This document shows positions 30,658 to 43,050 of a stretch of DNA of 64,000 nucleotides, piece by piece. Each line of letters opens with the position of its first letter. The first letter of the stretch is position 1. The DNA is from Spirochaetia bacterium. Its GTDB lineage: Bacteria > Spirochaetota > Spirochaetia > UBA9216. The DNA is taken from assembly GCA_965140585.1 (NCBI GenBank), contig OZ223265.1:160001-224000 (forward strand). Reading direction: 5' to 3'. The translations under genes were made by a program, and so were the position numbers. Below the pieces are notes generated by a model. It did no database searches. It was not told the DNA's origin and was given only the letters and a program-made list of their open reading frames with translations.

Positions 30658-33600
30658 CTATTCGTCATCATCCATTCTTGAATCAATTATTCCTGCTTCC
30701 GACAATGTCTGCTCAAATCCGAATTTCGGCTTAAGCTGTGTACTGTCGTCACCGTCGTCATCATCCTTCTCTGCAGCTTCCATAGCAGCCTTTTCGGCTT
30801 TTCGCTGTTCAAGAATCATGGCAATCGACGCATCAAGGTTTTCGGAATTTTCGTCATAAAGACGAACATTTCTGTAAGCTCTCATTCCCGTTCCTGCAGG
30901 TATCGGATGTCCGATAACTACATTCTCCTTAAGCCCCCTGAGCTTGTCAGTACTTCCGGCTATTGCAGCATTTGTAAGAACTTTCGTTGTCTCCTGAAAG
31001 GATGCTGCCGAAAGGAAGGAATCAATATTAAGCGAAGCTCTGGTTATACCAAGAAGAAGCGGTCTTGCCACTGCGGGCTGTCCTCCCTCTCTCATAACCT
31101 TACGGTTCTCTTCATGAAATTTATATTTGTCAACCTGCTGGCCGTAGATAAAGTTAGTATCGCCAACCTGCCAGATTTCAACCTTTCGCATCATCTGACG
31201 AACAATAACACCGATATGCTTATCGTTAATTACTACACCCTGCATTCGGTAAACTTCCTGCACCTCATTAACAAGGAAGGACTGAAGTTCATTCTCACCC
31301 AGGATATCAAGAATATCATGCGGATCAATACTTCCGTCACAAAGCTGTTCTCCAGCTTCAACAAGGTCTCCATCTCTTACAAGAAGGTGTTTACCCATAG
31401 GAACAAGGTGCTTGAAGACCTTACTGTTCGCTCCGTCTTCCTTTGCAAAACTGTCTTCTATCTCAATAACACGTTTACCCTTTACAATTCCCTTAAGATG
31501 GATAATTCCACTAATCTTTGCAAGAACTGCCGGGCTCTTAGGACGTCTGGCTTCAAAAAGTTCACCAACTCTAGGAAGACCACCAGTAATATCCCTTGTT
31601 TTAACACTTTCTTTAAGAAGCTTTGCAAGAGTTTTACCTACACGTACTTTTTCACCGTCTTCAACATTAAGATATGCATTACCCGGCAGGTAATAATTTG
31701 CGATCTCCTCGCCTTCGCTATCAACAATAACCAGCATCGGCTGCAGTGTTTCAAGCATATGCTCGGTAATCTTCTTGTCAATATTTCCGGTATCCTCGTT
31801 AACCTCTTCCTTGAGGGTTGTTCCGAGAATAATATCCTGATATTTTACAGTACCTTCCACCTCAGCTATAATAGGCTCAGAGAAGGGGTCGAATATAGCG
31901 ATTGAATCTTCCGCAGCAACAACAGAACCGACACCAATCATCAGCTTTGCACCGGTCCTGATATCTATTTTCTGATCCTGTGCTATAAGGACAACCTCGG
32001 ATTCAAGAACATGCACAAATCCGATTTCCTCAGCAGCCAGTTCACCCGATTTTGTTTTAACAACAACATCTCCGGGAACTACTTTTGTACCGTTTTCAGC
32101 CTCAACTTTCCCGTCTTTTCCAAGCGGAAGCCTCTGAAGAACACGGGCAACAATAACATTACCCTTTCTTGTATATAGCACATCTCCGTTTTCAAGAGTT
32201 ACAGTTGTTCCGTTAACTTCCTTTATAACAACAGGATAGTGCAGATAGGTTCTGTTTTCTTCAGAAACTTTTGTAGCAGCACCACCGATATGGAAAGTTC
32301 TCATGGTAAGCTGGGTTCCGGGCTGACCAATTGACTGAGCAGCAATAATACCTACCGCCTCACCAATCTCAACAGTCATGTTTTTTGCAAGGTTTCTACC
32401 GTAACATTTACGACAAACTCCATGCTCAGCTTCACAGGTAAGTACCGTTCTGATTCTTACAGTCTCAACTCCGGATTCCTCTATAGCGATTGCAATCTCA
32501 TCTGTAATTTCTTCATTAACGTCGACCATTATGTCGCCGGTAATCGGGTGTTTAACCCTTTCAAGCGTAAAACGCCCTACAATTCGATCACTGAGTGATT
32601 CAATTACTTCCTCACCCTCTTTAATAGCCTTGATTTCTATACCATTAATAGTTCCGCAGTCATCTTCATTAACAACAACATCCTGAGCAATATCAACAAG
32701 ACGACGTGTCAGATAACCGGCATCGGCTGTTTTAAGAGCTGTATCAGCAAGTCCCTTTCGGGCACCGTTGGTTGAAATAAAGAACTCAATAATCGAAAGC
32801 CCTTCTTTAAAGTTAGAACGGATAGGAAGTTCGATAATATCACCTGAAGGCTTAGCCATAAGGCCACGCATACCGGCCAACTGTCTAATCTGTGTACGGC
32901 TACCTCGGGCTCCCGAATCAGCCATCATATACACAGGGTTAAACCCGGCCCGATCATCCTTCAGAGTCTTCATCAGTACGTTTGTAAGCTCTTCATTCGT
33001 CTTACTCCACACCTCAACAACCCTGTTATAACGCTCTTCTGAGGTAATATGTCCCTGCAGATACTGTTCCTGAATAGTCAGAACTTCATTATTTGCAGTT
33101 TCAATCATATCCTTTTTCTCAGTTGGAATAACAATATCTTCCATACTGATAGTTGCCCCGAAAACAGTCGCATACTTGAAGCCGGTATCCTTTATGGCAT
33201 CAAGCATACGTACGGTAACTGCAGGGCCCTTTTTCTTTATACTCTCAGCAATAAGAACCTTAAGCTCCTTGTCGCCGAGAGAATGGTTTACATAGTCAAC
33301 CTCTTCAGGCATTGCCTGGTTGAAAATTATACGTCCGGCTGTTGTTTCAATATACTCGCCGTCTATTTTAACTTTACAAAGTGCCTGAAAATCAACAGCA
33401 CCGGCTTCCTGAGCAAGTATGATATCCTCAGGCGAGCCGTACCATCTGCCTTCTCCATGAGCACCGGCCCTGGCTCTGGTAAGATAGTTGATTCCAAGAA
33501 CCATATCCTGTGAAGGAAATACTACAGGCGTACCGCTTGCAGGATTAAGAAGGTTATTTACGGAAAGCATGAGTGTCCAGCACTCTATCTGTGCAGCCTG

Positions 33601-34986
33601 AGTAAGAGGCACGTGAACAGCCATCTGGTCACCGTCAAAGTCTGCATTATATGCATGACAGACAAGCGGATGCAGCTTTATAGCCTTACCCTCAACCAGT
33701 ACCGGTTCGAAAGCCTGAATACCAAGCCTATGAAGAGTCGGTGCACGGTTAAGCAGAACAGGATGTTCTTTAACAACTTCATCAAGAACAGCCCAGACTT
33801 CCGGAGTTTCCTGCTCTACAAGATTTTTCGCTTTCTTAATATTATAAACAACATCTTTCTCGACGAGTTTTTTCATTATAAAAGGCTTATAAAGCTCAAG
33901 AGCCATCTTTGTAGGAAGGCCGCACTGATGCATTCTAAGATCCGGCCCGACAACAATAACCGAACGGCCTGAATAGTCAACACGCTTACCAAGAAGGTTC
34001 TGCCTGAAACGGCCCTGTTTACCTTTAAGAAAGTCGGAAAGCGACTTTAATGGCCTGTTTGAAGCACCCTTGACCACTCTCTTTTTCTTGGAGTTATCAA
34101 AAAGAGCATCAACAGCTTCCTGAAGCATTCTTTTTTCATTTCTAATGATGATATCCGGAGCATTAAGCGCCATAAGTCTCTTTAGACGGTTATTTCGGTT
34201 AATCACCCTTCTGTAAAGATCATTAAGGTCTGATGTAGCAAAACGTCCTCCGTCAAGCTGAACCATAGGCCTCAGCTCAGGCGGAATTACAGGAATAACA
34301 TCAAGAATCATCCATTCTGGCTTATTCTTTGAATCCCTGAAGTTTTCTACAATTTCAATTCTCTTAAGAAGTCTTTTATCAGCCTTTGCACCCTTCTCAA
34401 TCATCTTGACTCTGAGTTCTGAACTGAGAAGATCAAGGTCGATTCTTTCAAGAAGAGTTCTGATGGCTTCAGCACCGATACCGGCGGAAAAACTCATTCC
34501 GTAACGCTCTCTGGCACTGTTAAATTCTTCCTCCGTAAGGAGTTCCATCTTCTTAAGATCCGTATCACCCGGATCAATAACTATATATTTTTCGTAATAC
34601 AGAATAGATCTCAGTGCAGCTACTGTTAAATCCAGAAGAAGTCCCATTCTTGACGGAACTGAACGGTAGTACCAGATGTGCGAAACCGGTGACGCGAGTT
34701 CTATGTGGCCCATCCTTTCACGGCGAACCTTGAAGTGAGTTACCTCAACTCCACAACGATCACAAATAACACCTTTATAACGGATAGATTTAAACTTTCC
34801 GCAGTAACACTCCCATTCCTTGGTTGTTCCGAAAATTCTTTCACAGAACAGACCGTCTTTTTCAGGCCTGAGAGTTCTATAGTTAATGGTTTCCGGCTTT
34901 TTTACTTCACCGTAAGACCATGCCCTGATCTGCTCGGGTGATGCAAGCATTATCTGTATATGATCAAAATCCTGAATTTCTCTCAT
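30658..34986 (-). CDS. rpoC: RNA polymerase beta' subunit
   Basis: NADFDGDQM catalytic motif, Zn ribbon CYCGK...[18 protein letters not shown]. Confidence 0.99.
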   Translation of the reverse strand: MREIQDFDHIQIMLASPEQIRAWSYGEVKKPETINYRTLRPEKDGLFCERIFGTTKEWECYCGKFKSIRYKGVICDRCGVEVTHFKVRRERMGHIELASPVSHIWYYRSVPSRMGLLLDLTVAALRSILYYEKYIVIDPGDTDLKKMELLTEEEFNSARERYGMSFSAGIGAEAIRTLLERIDLDLLSSELRVKMIEKGAKADKRLLKRIEIVENFRDSKNKPEWMILDVIPVIPPELRPMVQLDGGRFATSDLNDLYRRVINRNNRLKRLMALNAPDIIIRNEKRMLQEAVDALFDNSKKKRVVKGASNRPLKSLSDFLKGKQGRFRQNLLGKRVDYSGRSVIVVGPDLRMHQCGLPTKMALELYKPFIMKKLVEKDVVYNIKKAKNLVEQETPEVWAVLDEVVKEHPVLLNRAPTLHRLGIQAFEPVLVEGKAIKLHPLVCHAYNADFDGDQMAVHVPLTQAAQIECWTLMLSVNNLLNPASGTPVVFPSQDMVLGINYLTRARAGAHGEGRWYGSPEDIILAQEAGAVDFQALCKVKIDGEYIETTAGRIIFNQAMPEEVDYVNHSLGDKELKVLIAESIKKKGPAVTVRMLDAIKDTGFKYATVFGATISMEDIVIPTEKKDMIETANNEVLTIQEQYLQGHITSEERYNRVVEVWSKTNEELTNVLMKTLKDDRAGFNPVYMMADSGARGSRTQIRQLAGMRGLMAKPSGDIIELPIRSNFKEGLSIIEFFISTNGARKGLADTALKTADAGYLTRRLVDIAQDVVVNEDDCGTINGIEIKAIKEGEEVIESLSDRIVGRFTLERVKHPITGDIMVDVNEEITDEIAIAIEESGVETVRIRTVLTCEAEHGVCRKCYGRNLAKNMTVEIGEAVGIIAAQSIGQPGTQLTMRTFHIGGAATKVSEENRTYLHYPVVIKEVNGTTVTLENGDVLYTRKGNVIVARVLQRLPLGKDGKVEAENGTKVVPGDVVVKTKSGELAAEEIGFVHVLESEVVLIAQDQKIDIRTGAKLMIGVGSVVAAEDSIAIFDPFSEPIIAEVEGTVKYQDIILGTTLKEEVNEDTGNIDKKITEHMLETLQPMLVIVDSEGEEIANYYLPGNAYLNVEDGEKVRVGKTLAKLLKESVKTRDITGGLPRVGELFEARRPKSPAVLAKISGIIHLKGIVKGKRVIEIEDSFAKEDGANSKVFKHLVPMGKHLLVRDGDLVEAGEQLCDGSIDPHDILDILGENELQSFLVNEVQEVYRMQGVVINDKHIGVIVRQMMRKVEIWQVGDTNFIYGQQVDKYKFHEENRKVMREGGQPAVARPLLLGITRASLNIDSFLSAASFQETTKVLTNAAIAGSTDKLRGLKENVVIGHPIPAGTGMRAYRNVRLYDENSENLDASIAMILEQRKAEKAAMEAAEKDDDDGDDSTQLKPKFGFEQTLSEAGIIDSRMDDDE

Positions 34987-35000
34987 TCTTCATTCCCCCC

Positions 35001-38000
35001 TTAGAACTGGCTTCCCTGACGGGTAATCAGCTCTTCATCACGCTCCGTGAGAGGCACACGCTTACCCTTTGAATCGTAAATAGTCAAATCAAGAGCAAGA
35101 CCTCGAAGCTCCTGCACAAGAACATTGAATGACTCGGGAACTCCGGCACTTGAAGCAGGTTCTCCCTTTACGATACTTTCATATATCTTAGCCCTTCCGG
35201 CCATATCATCTGATTTGATTGTAAGAAGCTCCTGCAGTGTATTTGCAGCACCATAGGCTTCAAGAGCCCATACTTCCATTTCTCCCAGACGCTGTCCACC
35301 AAACTGAGCCTTACCGCCGAGAGGCTGCTGAGTTACAAGTGAATAAGGTCCGGTTGAACGTGCATGCATTTTATCATCGACAAGATGGTGCAGTTTAAGC
35401 ATGTAAACACGGCCTACAAAAACTTCATTCTCAAAAAGCCTGCCGGTTCTTCCATCACGAAGAGCAGTCTTCGAACTTGTCGGAAGACCAGCTTCTTTAA
35501 GCTTGGATTCAATCTGTTCATTGGAAGCAGACTGGAATACCGGAGTTGAATACCACTCATTAAGTTTCCATCCAGCCCAGCCAAGTTCTGTTTCAAGAAT
35601 CTGACCGAGGTTCATTCGGGACGGAACACCAAGCGGGTTAAGACAGATATCAAGCGGAGTACCGTCTTCCATGTAAGGCATATCCTCTTCAGGAAGCACC
35701 CTTGCAACAACACCCTTGTTTCCATGTCTACCGGCCATCTTATCACCCTCGCGAAGTTTTCGCTTTGTTGCAATAAGAACCTTCACAACCTCATCAACCC
35801 CCGGTGAAAGGTCATCACCTTCAGACCGCTTCAGACGCTGCACATCAATTACAGTTCCGGTAACACCATGAGGCAATCTTAGCGAAGTATCACGCACTTC
35901 TTTGGCTTTTTCACCGAATATTGAGTTAAGAAGCTTAAACTCCGGAGTTGTCTCAGTTTCAGATTTAGGAGTAACCTTACCAACAAGGATATAACCGGAG
36001 TCAACTTTTGCACCTACACGGATAATACCTTCTTCATCAAGCTGATCAAGAGCTTTTTCATTCACGTTCGGAATATCGCGGGTCAGCTTTTCAGGTCCAA
36101 GCTTGGTCTCTCTGACATCGATACTGAATTCTTTTATATGAATGGATGTAAAAACATCTTCTTTTACAACATTCTCGGAAATAAGAATGGCGTCCTCATA
36201 GTTGTAGCCGTTCCACGGAACAAATCCGACAAGAACGTTACGCCCAAGCGCCAGCTCACCCTTATAGGTTGCAGGACCGTCTGCAAGAACAGTACCTTTT
36301 TCGACTCTCTGCCCTACTTCAACAAGAGGCCTCTGGTTAAAACAGGTATCCTGGTTAGTTCGCTGATATTTAACGAGTTCATACTCATCAACTTCATGCT
36401 CAGCTGCACCTTCCGGTCTGATCATTACAGATTTTGAGGTTACATAAACTACTTCACCGGCTCTCTTTGCCTTAGCAAGAACACCTGAGTCGTATGCGGT
36501 TTTAGCTTCCATTCCGGTACCGACAATCGGCGGTTCAGGGAATACAAGCGGAACTGCCTGACGCTGCATGTTTGACCCCATCAAAGCTCGGTTAGCATCG
36601 TCATGCTCAAGGAACGGAATCAACGAGGTAGCTACTGAAATTACCTGTTTAGGTGAAACGTCCATATATTTTATATCTTCAGCAGGCTTGGCAACATAGT
36701 CACCGGCCTTTCTTACTGAAATTATCTCATCTTTAAAGTTTCCCTTACTGTCTATACGGGCATTACCCTGAGCAATAAAATATTTCTCCTCGTCCATCGC
36801 GGAAAGATATTCAACCTCAGCTGTAGCTTTTCCATCAATAACTTTCCTGTAAGGAGTTTCAAGAAATCCGTAGTCATTAACCCTTGTATAGTTAGCCAGA
36901 GAAACAATAAGACCAATGTTCGGACCTTCAGGAGTTTCTATAGGACACATTCTACCATAATGAGTGTAATGTACGTCTCGAACCTCAAATCCGGCTCTGT
37001 CTCTTGAAAGACCTCCCGGACCGAGAGCATTCAAACGCCTTTTATGAGTAAGTTCAGCAAGCGGGTTAACCTGATCCATAAACTGCGAAAGCTGACTGGA
37101 CCCGAAAAACTCTTTCACTGCTGCAACTATAGGCTTAATTGAAATAAGATCCTGCGGTTTAACGGTATCCGTCTCTTTAAGAGACATTCGCTCTTTTGCT
37201 ATCCTCTCCATTCTGGTGAATGCAGTTTTAAGCTGGTTAGCAAGAAGCTCACCTACAGATCTGATTCTTCTATTACCAAGATGATCAATATCATCAACAT
37301 TTGCTTCACCGATAAAAACCTTGATAAGAAAGCCCATTGTATTTACAACATCTTCTCTTGTAAGAATTGACTCTTCCAGCGGCTCAGCATAATCAAACTT
37401 TTTATTCAGTTTATATCGACCAACCCTACCAAGATCATATCTTCTTGTGGAGAAAAACATTGTTTCAAGGTCTTTCTGGGCACTTTCAATAGTTATAGGC
37501 TCGCCGGGCATAAGGACAGAATAAACAGCAACAATTGCGTCATCACGGGTCGGTTCATCAATACCGGGTTCATCACGGGTAAATTTTGAATCTTCCCGCT
37601 CAAAACAATTGAGAATTATCTGGGAATGAAGTGATTCAGGGTCTTTTTCGTCGATTACAACGACCTCAGAGATTCCCGAATGCAGCAGCTCATCTATATC
37701 ATGCGGATGAAGCTTCTCACCTGCACGGTAAATCTTCTTGGTTTCACCATCCGCTTCGGAATATACAGCTCTGGAAAGAACTTTACCGACAAGCTTCTCT
37801 TTCTCTTCTTTAGAATCAGAAAAAGTAATGGTTTCAGATTTATAAAAGAGGTCAATAATTTCTTCACGGCTGGAATATCCGAGAGCCCGGAGAAAAAGAC
37901 TTCCGAGTATTCTCTTTTTTCTGTCAATTTTGGCGTAAACGAGTTCTTTTTTCTGATCGATTTCAAACTCAAGCCATGAACCCCTGTACGGAATAATCCT

Positions 38001-38498
38001 TGAGGAATAAATACCCTTCTCATGGGAAAAAATTACACCGGGTGAACGGTGAATCTGGCTGACAACAACACGTTCAGCACCATTGATTATAAAGGTTCCT
38101 CTCTCTGTCATCAGGGGTATGTCACCGATATAAATATCCTTCTGCCTGATTTCACCGGATTCGGTAAAAAGAAGGTTTATCCTGGCCTTAATGGGCACAG
38201 CGTAACTAATCCCCTTCTGCTTGCACTCAGATTCTGAAAACTTCATGTTTTCTTCATCGAGAAAGTACCGATCATACTCGAGAATCATGTCACCGTTTGG
38301 ACTTTCTATCGGGAAAATCGTCTGAAAAACCTCTTCAAGGCCTGCTGGCTCCGGACCGTCGCCGGCTGTAAGAAGATCTCTCTGAAGAAACTTTTCATAC
38401 GATGAAAGTTGAATATCTATAAGGTTCGGAAGATCCAGCACCTCATAGTACTCCATTCCTATATATGTTCTGTTTATGGCTTTGCCATTACTCAGCAT
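35001..38498 (-). CDS. rpoB: RNA polymerase beta subunit
   Basis: [51 protein letters not shown]. Confidence 0.99.
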   Translation of the reverse strand: MLSNGKAINRTYIGMEYYEVLDLPNLIDIQLSSYEKFLQRDLLTAGDGPEPAGLEEVFQTIFPIESPNGDMILEYDRYFLDEENMKFSESECKQKGISYAVPIKARINLLFTESGEIRQKDIYIGDIPLMTERGTFIINGAERVVVSQIHRSPGVIFSHEKGIYSSRIIPYRGSWLEFEIDQKKELVYAKIDRKKRILGSLFLRALGYSSREEIIDLFYKSETITFSDSKEEKEKLVGKVLSRAVYSEADGETKKIYRAGEKLHPHDIDELLHSGISEVVVIDEKDPESLHSQIILNCFEREDSKFTRDEPGIDEPTRDDAIVAVYSVLMPGEPITIESAQKDLETMFFSTRRYDLGRVGRYKLNKKFDYAEPLEESILTREDVVNTMGFLIKVFIGEANVDDIDHLGNRRIRSVGELLANQLKTAFTRMERIAKERMSLKETDTVKPQDLISIKPIVAAVKEFFGSSQLSQFMDQVNPLAELTHKRRLNALGPGGLSRDRAGFEVRDVHYTHYGRMCPIETPEGPNIGLIVSLANYTRVNDYGFLETPYRKVIDGKATAEVEYLSAMDEEKYFIAQGNARIDSKGNFKDEIISVRKAGDYVAKPAEDIKYMDVSPKQVISVATSLIPFLEHDDANRALMGSNMQRQAVPLVFPEPPIVGTGMEAKTAYDSGVLAKAKRAGEVVYVTSKSVMIRPEGAAEHEVDEYELVKYQRTNQDTCFNQRPLVEVGQRVEKGTVLADGPATYKGELALGRNVLVGFVPWNGYNYEDAILISENVVKEDVFTSIHIKEFSIDVRETKLGPEKLTRDIPNVNEKALDQLDEEGIIRVGAKVDSGYILVGKVTPKSETETTPEFKLLNSIFGEKAKEVRDTSLRLPHGVTGTVIDVQRLKRSEGDDLSPGVDEVVKVLIATKRKLREGDKMAGRHGNKGVVARVLPEEDMPYMEDGTPLDICLNPLGVPSRMNLGQILETELGWAGWKLNEWYSTPVFQSASNEQIESKLKEAGLPTSSKTALRDGRTGRLFENEVFVGRVYMLKLHHLVDDKMHARSTGPYSLVTQQPLGGKAQFGGQRLGEMEVWALEAYGAANTLQELLTIKSDDMAGRAKIYESIVKGEPASSAGVPESFNVLVQELRGLALDLTIYDSKGKRVPLTERDEELITRQGSQF

Positions 38499-38590
38499 CA
38501 CCACCCCCCTGGTTTAAGAAGCTGTTAATCAATATTCAGACAAAAAGCTTCCAAAGAACGCTTCAGCCTGAAAAACTTTTTAGATACAGA

Positions 38591-38622
38591 TAATCCACCG
38601 AAAGAATTCCTTCGGTGGATTA
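38591..38622 (-). terminator. Hairpin/attenuator between rplL and rpoB
   Basis: 12-bp perfect stem TAATCCACCGAA/TTCGGTGGATTA with a weak U-tract. An attenuator at this position is known in other bacteria. Confidence 0.55.
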
Positions 38623-38658
38623 AACGAGTATATTTTACAGTTACTCTGCGCCGGCAGA

Positions 38659-39039
38659 CTATTTAACTTCAATAGTTGCGCCAGCTGCTTCAAGTTTTTC
38701 CTTAATTGAAGCTGCTTCTTCTTTAGAAACACCCTCTTTAAGTACCTTCTCTCCGCCTTCAACAAGCTCTTTTGCTTCTTTAAGACCGAGGCCGGTGATT
38801 CCGCGTACTTCTTTGATTACTGCAATCTTCTGACCGTCAGCAAATCCTTTAAGAACTACGTCAAACTCTGTTTTTTCTTCGGCAGCTTCAGCAGCAGGAC
38901 CTGCCGCAGGACCAGCAGCAACTGCAACAGGAGCAGCAGCAGTAACACCGAATTTGTCTTCCATGGCAGTGATAAGCTCAGAGAGCTCAAGAACTGTCAT
39001 ACCAGCAATTGCTTCTAAAATTTCATCTTTTGTAGCCAT
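38659..39039 (-). CDS. rplL: 50S ribosomal protein L7/L12
   Basis: [22 protein letters not shown]. Confidence 0.98.
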   Translation of the reverse strand: MATKDEILEAIAGMTVLELSELITAMEDKFGVTAAAPVAVAAGPAAGPAAEAAEEKTEFDVVLKGFADGQKIAVIKEVRGITGLGLKEAKELVEGGEKVLKEGVSKEEAASIKEKLEAAGATIEVK

Positions 39040-39118
39040 ATTACCTTCTCCTTACAATAGATTTTTTATGCGGCAATAGCATGAGCTACCATGAAGACTA
39101 ATGCCGCGTTTAATATTA

Positions 39119-39661
39119 CTATTCTCCCTGTTCCTGCTTTTTGTCTGCAACTGCCTGCAGTGTGCGGACAAACTTTGTCGGAACAGCATTGAGAATGTAT
39201 ACAAAATTCTGAACCGGAGCATTCATTGTACCCATAAGTTTGGCAATAAGTTCCGGCTTTGTCGGAAGCTTTGAATAAGCCTCCATTTCCTTATCGTTAA
39301 AAACATCAGCGCCGATAAGACCACCCTTAACATCTACAGGAGCATCTTTAGCAAAAGCAAAAAGCTCTTTTGCGGCTGCACCGGCATCTTCACCTGAAAG
39401 AACAACAGCGGTAGGGCCTACAAGAAGATCACCAACCTCAGGTTTTCCAAGTTCTTTAAGTGCGATTTTGGCAAATCTGTTCTTAACTACCTTATAAACT
39501 GATCCCGATTCCCTGAGTTTATTTCTAAGCTCTGTGATCTGCTCAACAGTAAGACCACGGTAATCGGTGAATATAAAATTATCTATACCTTCGAAATCGC
39601 TTTTAAGCGCGTTGACAGCTTCGACTTTCTCCGGCTGGATTTTAACTAATTCATCTGTCAT
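39119..39661 (-). CDS. rplJ: 50S ribosomal protein L10
   Basis: DYRGLTVEQITELR, VVKN, GPTA, SKLPT. Confidence 0.98.
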   Translation of the reverse strand: MTDELVKIQPEKVEAVNALKSDFEGIDNFIFTDYRGLTVEQITELRNKLRESGSVYKVVKNRFAKIALKELGKPEVGDLLVGPTAVVLSGEDAGAAAKELFAFAKDAPVDVKGGLIGADVFNDKEMEAYSKLPTKPELIAKLMGTMNAPVQNFVYILNAVPTKFVRTLQAVADKKQEQGE

Positions 39662-39678
39662 TTCAAATCTCCTTCAGC

Positions 39679-40359
39679 CTAAAGCTTGTCCTTAAAATCA
39701 ACCTTAACGCCGGGTCCCATAGTAGAAGACAGCGCAATGGTTCTAACAAAATCACCCTTTGTGTCAGCAGGTTTCTTTTTAACAATTTCAGAAACTACAT
39801 GAACTGCATTTTCTTCAATATTTGCAGGCTCCATTGAAACCTTGCCTATCGCAAGATGAACAACACCGGTTTTATCAGATCTGTACTCAACTCGACCTTT
39901 CTGAAGTTCTGCAAGAGCTCCCTTAATATCGAAAGTAACAGTCTGAGTCTTGGGGTTAGGCATAAGACCTCTTCTACCAAGAATAGGTCCAAGACGTCCA
40001 ACATCTTTCATCATATCCGGTGTTGCAACAGCAACATCGAAATCAAGCCATCCGCCCTTAATCTTTTCTATAAGATCATCATCACCGACATAGGCAGCAC
40101 CTGCCTCTTTAGCCTCTTCTACCTTATCGCCTTTGGCAAAAACAAGAATTTTCTTGTCACCGCTGAACTGAAATGGAAGAACAAGCGTATCTCTTACAGT
40201 CTGGCTCTTTTTGAGGTTAAGCTTAACTGAAAGCTCTACAGTCTCATCAAATTTAGCAAAAGCCATATCTTTAACAAGCCCGATCGCATCAGGATAACTG
40301 TATAATGTCTGCTTTTCATACTTCTTAGCAGCTTCGGTATATTTTTTTCCGCGTTTCAT
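39679..40359 (-). CDS. rplA: 50S ribosomal protein L1
   Basis: [27 protein letters not shown]. Confidence 0.98.
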   Translation of the reverse strand: MKRGKKYTEAAKKYEKQTLYSYPDAIGLVKDMAFAKFDETVELSVKLNLKKSQTVRDTLVLPFQFSGDKKILVFAKGDKVEEAKEAGAAYVGDDDLIEKIKGGWLDFDVAVATPDMMKDVGRLGPILGRRGLMPNPKTQTVTFDIKGALAELQKGRVEYRSDKTGVVHLAIGKVSMEPANIEENAVHVVSEIVKKKPADTKGDFVRTIALSSTMGPGVKVDFKDKL

Positions 40360-40360
40360 C

Positions 40361-40792
40361 TCAGTCCTCCACCTCTATACCCATGCTTCTTGCTGTACCT
40401 GCAATAATGTTCATAGCTGCATCAATATCATTTGCGTTCAGATCGGGCATTTTCAGCTCTGCAATCTCTTTAACCTGAGCACGTTTGATTTTTGCAACTT
40501 TCACCTTGTGAGGCTCAGCTGAACCGCTCGAGATACCGCAGGCTTTCTTAATAAGAACAGCAGCAGGCGGGGTCTTTGTAACGAACGTAAAAGATTTGTC
40601 AGCATATACTGTAATAACAACAGGAATAGTAAGACCAGGCTCCATATTCTTTGTTTTGTCGTTAAACTGCTGAACAAAAGTAGGCGCTGATACACCATGA
40701 GGACCTAATGCGGGTCCAACAGGCGGAGCCGGAGTAGCCTTTCCGGCAGGTACCTGCAGCTTAATATAAGCTGTTACCTTCTTCTTAGCCAT
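40361..40792 (-). CDS. rplK: 50S ribosomal protein L11
   Basis: [25 protein letters not shown]. Confidence 0.98.
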   Translation of the reverse strand: MAKKKVTAYIKLQVPAGKATPAPPVGPALGPHGVSAPTFVQQFNDKTKNMEPGLTIPVVITVYADKSFTFVTKTPPAAVLIKKACGISSGSAEPHKVKVAKIKRAQVKEIAELKMPDLNANDIDAAMNIIAGTARSMGIEVED

Positions 40793-40806
40793 TTATAAAC
40801 TCCTTC

Positions 40807-40847
40807 GTGGTATTAACGCGCTGTCCGTCTCCGGACACCACTCCCAT
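40807..40847 (-). promoter_or_regulatory. Probable L1-binding translational operator in the rplK leader
   Basis: UGGGAG...UACCAC arms enclosing a UGUCC/GGACA stem just 5' of the rplK RBS; resembles the known L1 operator. Confidence 0.55.
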
Positions 40848-40869
40848 CCTCTTCCCTTACGGGAAATAT

Positions 40870-41424
40870 CTATAATTTTTCTACCTGAAGAAAATCAAGC
40901 TCTACAGGTGTAGCACGGCCGAAAATACCGACCATAACCTTAAGCTTTCCTTTCTCCAGATTAATTTCCTCTATAGAACCGGTAAAAGTATCAAAAGGAC
41001 CGTCAATAATCCTGATTGTTTCGCCAACAGCGTAAGACTGCTTGGGCTTCAGAACCCTGTCGGATTTAATCTCACCGGTCTTCTGCAGGATAGCTCTTGC
41101 TTCATCCTGACTGATCGGCTGAGGTTTAAAACCTTTTTGAGCACCGACAAAGCCGGTAACACCCTGAATAACCCTGATTTTTGAACAGACGGCTTCCCAT
41201 CTGACATCAGGAAGATCCATTTCAACCAGAATATAACCGGGAAGAAACTTCTTGGACGAAATTCTTTTCTTTCCGTCTTTTATTTCAACAACATCTTCAG
41301 CAGGAACTTTGATATCAAGAATTTTATCCTTGAGCTCTTCTTCCTCCATCAGAAGTCTGATGTATTTCTCTACCTTATTTTCGTAACCGGAGTACGTGTG
41401 AACAACATACCAGCCTTTAGCCAT
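40870..41424 (-). CDS. nusG: Transcription factor NusG
   Basis: [34 protein letters not shown]. Confidence 0.98.
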   Translation of the reverse strand: MAKGWYVVHTYSGYENKVEKYIRLLMEEEELKDKILDIKVPAEDVVEIKDGKKRISSKKFLPGYILVEMDLPDVRWEAVCSKIRVIQGVTGFVGAQKGFKPQPISQDEARAILQKTGEIKSDRVLKPKQSYAVGETIRIIDGPFDTFTGSIEEINLEKGKLKVMVGIFGRATPVELDFLQVEKL

Positions 41425-41555
41425 AACCTACCCTTCCTGCAGTAAACATTCCGGAAAACCACAAAAGACTGCGTTGCAGATTGTTTTTCTGAACACAGCC
41501 TGATTCTTAAGAATATTTAACTTTGTACGAAGCAGCGGAGCGCACCCCGCAAACC

Positions 41556-41738
41556 CTAACTGAAAAGCTTATCGATCCCTGAAACAAGCAGAAAATCCAC
41601 AAGTCCCAGAACAACTGCAAAGATTACAACCGACACAACGACAACCTTGGTTGAAGCGAGTACATCTTCCCTGCTGGGCCATGATACTTTTTTGAGTTCA
41701 GAGACACTTTCTTTAAAAAACTGGACAATCTTTTTCAC
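41556..41738 (-). CDS. secE: Preprotein translocase SecE
   Basis: ELKKVSWPSR followed by a single TM helix; lies before nusG. Confidence 0.96.
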   Translation of the reverse strand: MKKIVQFFKESVSELKKVSWPSREDVLASTKVVVVSVVIFAVVLGLVDFLLVSGIDKLFS

Positions 41739-41769
41739 TTAGGGCTCCCGCTTAATATAAAAAAAAATA

Positions 41770-41843
41770 CAGGCCAGGTAGGATTCGAACCTACAACATC
41801 CGGTTTTGGAGACCGGCGCTCTAGCCGTTGGAGCTACTGGCCT
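41770..41843 (-). tRNA. trnW: tRNA-Trp(CCA)
   Basis: AGGCCAG acceptor stem, CCGGT-CTCCAAA-ACCGG anticodon arm, GTTCGAATC T-loop; 3' CCA not encoded. Confidence 0.96.
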
Positions 41844-41852
41844 GTATATAAT

Positions 41853-42029
41853 TTACTTAATTTTTGATTCCTTATGAAGAGTATGCTTATTATCCCACTT
41901 ACAGTACTTCATAAGCTCGAGTTTTCCCTGCATATTTCGCCTGTTCTTTTTTGTAGTATAATTACGGCGATTGCATTCTTCACATTTCAGCGCTATAAGC
42001 TCTACAGCACCTTTATTTTTTTTAGCCAT
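41853..42029 (-). CDS. rpmG: 50S ribosomal protein L33
   Basis: Manual translation: [58 protein letters not shown]. Confidence 0.96.
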   Translation of the reverse strand: MAKKNKGAVELIALKCEECNRRNYTTKKNRRNMQGKLELMKYCKWDNKHTLHKESKIK

Positions 42030-42057
42030 TTAAAGCATCTCCTATTTTCACTAGTAT

Positions 42058-42130
42058 AGCCTCCGCCCGGACTTGAACCGGGGACCCCCACCTTACCATG
42101 GTGGTGCTCTACCGACTGAGCTACAGAGGC
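42058..42130 (-). tRNA. trnT: tRNA-Thr(GGT)
   Basis: GCCTCTG acceptor stem, CCACC-ATGGTAA-GGTGG anticodon arm, GTTCAAGTC T-loop. Confidence 0.96.
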
Positions 42131-42146
42131 ATTAAGCAGTGGCAGA

Positions 42147-42175
42147 AAGGTAACAAAGATATTTTTTTTTGTCAA
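42147..42175 (-). promoter_or_regulatory. Sigma70 promoter for tRNA-Thr-rpmG-tRNA-Trp-secE
   Basis: TTGACA-N17-TACCTT on the minus strand, just upstream of the tRNA. Confidence 0.65.
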
Positions 42176-42246
42176 TAGGATTTATGCCAATTCTGTCGCT
42201 ATCCGATGAGCTTAAATCTTAGTATATTTACAACAAAGGAGCAACT

Positions 42247-43047
42247 ATGAAATCACCTAAAGAAAGTGCACTTGATAAAAAAATATTAAAAAACCTGAGC
42301 GGAAAACCGCTTGCGGCAGTTGAATATATGATTAATGATGCAGAAATTAAAACACTGCAGGAATATGCAAATACGGTTTCAATTAAAAGGCTGAACTTCA
42401 ACGACCACGGGCCTGTCCACATGCGAAAGGTAGCCCTTAATGCTGTAACTATGGCCGAGATACTTAAAAAGAAGGGTATAAAGTTCAACCTTGAAAATGA
42501 GGAAGCCGGCGAGTATGAAGACAGCCTGACAGCACTAATGCTTGCCTCTTTTCTGCATGACACAGGAATGACCGTCGGACGTCAGGATCATGAGCATTCT
42601 TCGGTATTTCTGTCCATGCCGGTTATAGACAGAATCCTGAACCATGTTTATGGAGATAATATAGAAAAAAAGATAATTATTCGTTCTGTTACCATTGAAT
42701 GCATTGCCGGACACATGGGCAATCAGAGGATCCACTCGCTTGAAGCCGGACTTCTATTGATAGCTGACGGTCTGGACATGGAAAAAGGAAGGGCGAGGAT
42801 TCCCATGATGATAGAAACTGAATCGAAGGTCGGCGATATACATAAATATTCTGCAGCTGCCATTGAAAAGGTTAAAATTACCGAGGGAGATGAAAGACCG
42901 ATAAAAATTGAGGTCGAGATGACCGAATCTGTCGGATTTTATCAGATAGAGGAAGTTCTTTTCAGGAAAATCAATTCAAGCCCCCTCAAACCCTACATAG
43001 AGCTTGTAGCCGCCGTAAGGAATGAGGTGCCAAAGAAATATCTTTAA
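42247..43047 (+). CDS. HD-domain metal-dependent phosphohydrolase
   Basis: NDHGPVH...FLHDTG...HEHS...IADGLD HD superfamily motifs. Confidence 0.88.
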   Translation: MKSPKESALDKKILKNLSGKPLAAVEYMINDAEIKTLQEYANTVSIKRLNFNDHGPVHMRKVALNAVTMAEILKKKGIKFNLENEEAGEYEDSLTALMLASFLHDTGMTVGRQDHEHSSVFLSMPVIDRILNHVYGDNIEKKIIIRSVTIECIAGHMGNQRIHSLEAGLLLIADGLDMEKGRARIPMMIETESKVGDIHKYSAAAIEKVKITEGDERPIKIEVEMTESVGFYQIEEVLFRKINSSPLKPYIELVAAVRNEVPKKYL

Positions 43048-43050
43048 ACC

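Noticed and set aside
30907-31905. 332-aa plus-strand ORF opposite rpoC, and similar antisense ORFs over ribosomal genes, argH and clpB
   Set aside because: Expected stop-poor antisense frames of codon-biased genes; no recognisable motifs.
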